Below, in pieces: positions 24,206 to 25,470 of a stretch of DNA of 25,470 nt. The notes beneath the pieces were generated by a model. The model did not search any database. It had not been told where the DNA came from and saw only the letters and a program-made list of their open reading frames with translations. Positions within the stretch are counted from its first letter, which is position 1. The number at the start of each line of letters is the position of its first letter. The position numbers were made by a program, and so were the translations under genes. Source of the stretch: a virus (taxonomy: Duplodnaviria > Caudoviricetes); IMG/VR virus record IMGVR_UViG_3300030372_004368, positions 1-25,470 of that record; one strand, given 5' to 3'.

Positions 24206-24476
24206 GGACAAGTTAATAGACGATTTATACGATAGAGACTTTTTAGAAGATAGCGAAGAGATCATTTTAAGCGATGGCTTTGAGGAGGCTCTTTTAGGGA
24301 TAAGCGTAGGTAAGAATAAAATTGCAGTATATAGTTTTTGGAAAGCTTTAGACTGTCTTATGAGATCAAACAACGAACTCTCTTTTGATGAGGCTTACGA
24401 CTGGTTAGATAGTTTCTCCCAGGAAAAAATAAAACATGTAGAAGAGCTCACACCGATTTTTATTAAAACAATATGA
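24195..24476 (+). CDS. Hypothetical acidic phage protein
   Basis: GTG start overlapping the GT stop; 'DGFEEALLGI.....AVYS' pattern; ATGA-coupled to the next gene. Confidence 0.6.
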   Translation: MEDKDKLIDDLYDRDFLEDSEEIILSDGFEEALLGISVGKNKIAVYSFWKALDCLMRSNNELSFDEAYDWLDSFSQEKIKHVEELTPIFIKTI

Positions 24477-24928
24477 ACACATATTTTGACGTAATAGAAG
24501 ACATTAAAAACCTGGCTCAGGCAGAGCCATTTATAAACACAGTTTCTTCAGGAGACATCTCTGAAGTAAACCTAGACAAAACAACTATTTTTCCCCTCTG
24601 TCATATCTCCATTGACAATGTAGAGCTGAGTCCTAGACTAAGCAACTTAAGGGTAAGTATGATTTTAATGGACATTGTAGACATCTCTAAGGAAAGCAAT
24701 ACAGATGCTATCCGAGGAAACAACAATGAAATGGATGTCCTTAATACTCAGCTTGCAGTTGCTAGCAGAATACAGTCTCTTCTCGAAAGGACTTCAACTC
24801 ACAAAGATTCTTACCAGTTGGAGGGGACTTTTAGTTGTGCTCCATTCTCTGAAAGGTTTGAATCTAACCTAGCAGGATGGAATGTAGAATTTAATGTGTC
24901 AGTACAAAACCCGATGACTAGTTGCTAA
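24473..24928 (+). CDS. Tail terminator/completion protein (putative)
   Basis: 'NTV..GDI..V.L.K.TIFPL.HI' and 'PF.ERF...LAGW'; size and context fit. Confidence 0.55.
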   Translation: MNTYFDVIEDIKNLAQAEPFINTVSSGDISEVNLDKTTIFPLCHISIDNVELSPRLSNLRVSMILMDIVDISKESNTDAIRGNNNEMDVLNTQLAVASRIQSLLERTSTHKDSYQLEGTFSCAPFSERFESNLAGWNVEFNVSVQNPMTSC

Positions 24929-25470
24929 TGGCAGAATTTACCTCCTTTTTAAATAAAACAAGATTTGCTCTACAGGCTTTTGCTGAAGATGTAAAAGACA
25001 GGGCTAGGAAAAATCTTATAAACCCTAAAAACAATCGAGGGAAAAAAGGAGTCAAAGGAAAGCTGTACAATGCGATTGACTATAAGCTTTCCGATAACGG
25101 CATGAAGGTTAGCTTTCCATTTTGGAAAGATCTTAAATACGCAAAGTATGTAGAGTATGGAGTCAAAGGAGTTGGGTTTGAACAGGAAAGCAAAGTAAGA
25201 AATCGAAAAGAAGAGAAAAGCTTAAGAGGCTACTCTTTTTCTAAAGGAAAAAAATCTCTTCCGATAAACATATTTGACAAATGGGTCATTACTAGAAAAC
25301 TAGCTCCAAGAGATGCACAGGGAAAGTTTATAAGCAGAAGAAGCCTCAAGTTTGCTCTTGCTAAAAATGTCTATAGAAGAGGGATAAGAGCAAAGCAATA
25401 CATGGAGCCTACTTTCAGAAGTGCTTTTAAAAAATTACCTCCTCAACTAGAAGATGCCTTTGCTAAAGAT
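24928..25470 (+). CDS. Neck/tail completion protein, HK97 gp10-like (3' truncated)
   Basis: TAATG-coupled; open to the window end; basic protein with 'GKLYNAI', 'YAKYVEYGVKG' and 'RGIRA..YM.P'. Confidence 0.6.
   Translation, partial: MAEFTSFLNKTRFALQAFAEDVKDRARKNLINPKNNRGKKGVKGKLYNAIDYKLSDNGMKVSFPFWKDLKYAKYVEYGVKGVGFEQESKVRNRKEEKSLRGYSFSKGKKSLPINIFDKWVITRKLAPRDAQGKFISRRSLKFALAKNVYRRGIRAKQYMEPTFRSAFKKLPPQLEDAFAKD

Noticed and set aside
1-25470. Stop-codon reassignment as in some Bacteroidota phages
   Set aside because: Genes are full length and tile densely under the standard code; TAG and TGA both end genes at plausible positions.

Overview
The window is about 25 kb of an AT-rich temperate tailed phage (Caudoviricetes, probably siphovirus-like) that most likely infects Bacteroidota/Flavobacteriia. 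Host clues are TTTG-N19/21-TAnnTTTG promoters, A-rich translation starts without Shine-Dalgarno sequences, a DUF3127-type SSB, and an att core matching a Flavobacteria-type tRNA-Asp 3' end. Gene order: tape-measure C-terminus, prohead protease, scaffold, major capsid, major tail, portal, head-tail connector, fibre and 4xLamG receptor-binding genes, lysis cassette, metallophosphoesterase, intact attP, tyrosine integrase, repressor, early and replication genes, sigma-like factor, ParB-like protein, TerS/TerL, tail assembly chaperone and tail completion genes. An unsplit attP with phage genes on both sides suggests the excised or virion form. Most notable unannotated signals: (1) a 138-codon lipoprotein-like ORF overprinted on the endolysin, with matching codon bias; (2) a ~200-nt intergenic RNA with pseudoknot-versus-terminator alternative pairings; (3) a -1 frameshift at a T10 run with ~55 dual-coding codons; (4) an identical 16-mer before two structural operons, a possible late promoter for the phage sigma factor; (5) several micro-ORFs, including a tandem paralogous pair. 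All family assignments come from motif recognition by eye, not from database searches.
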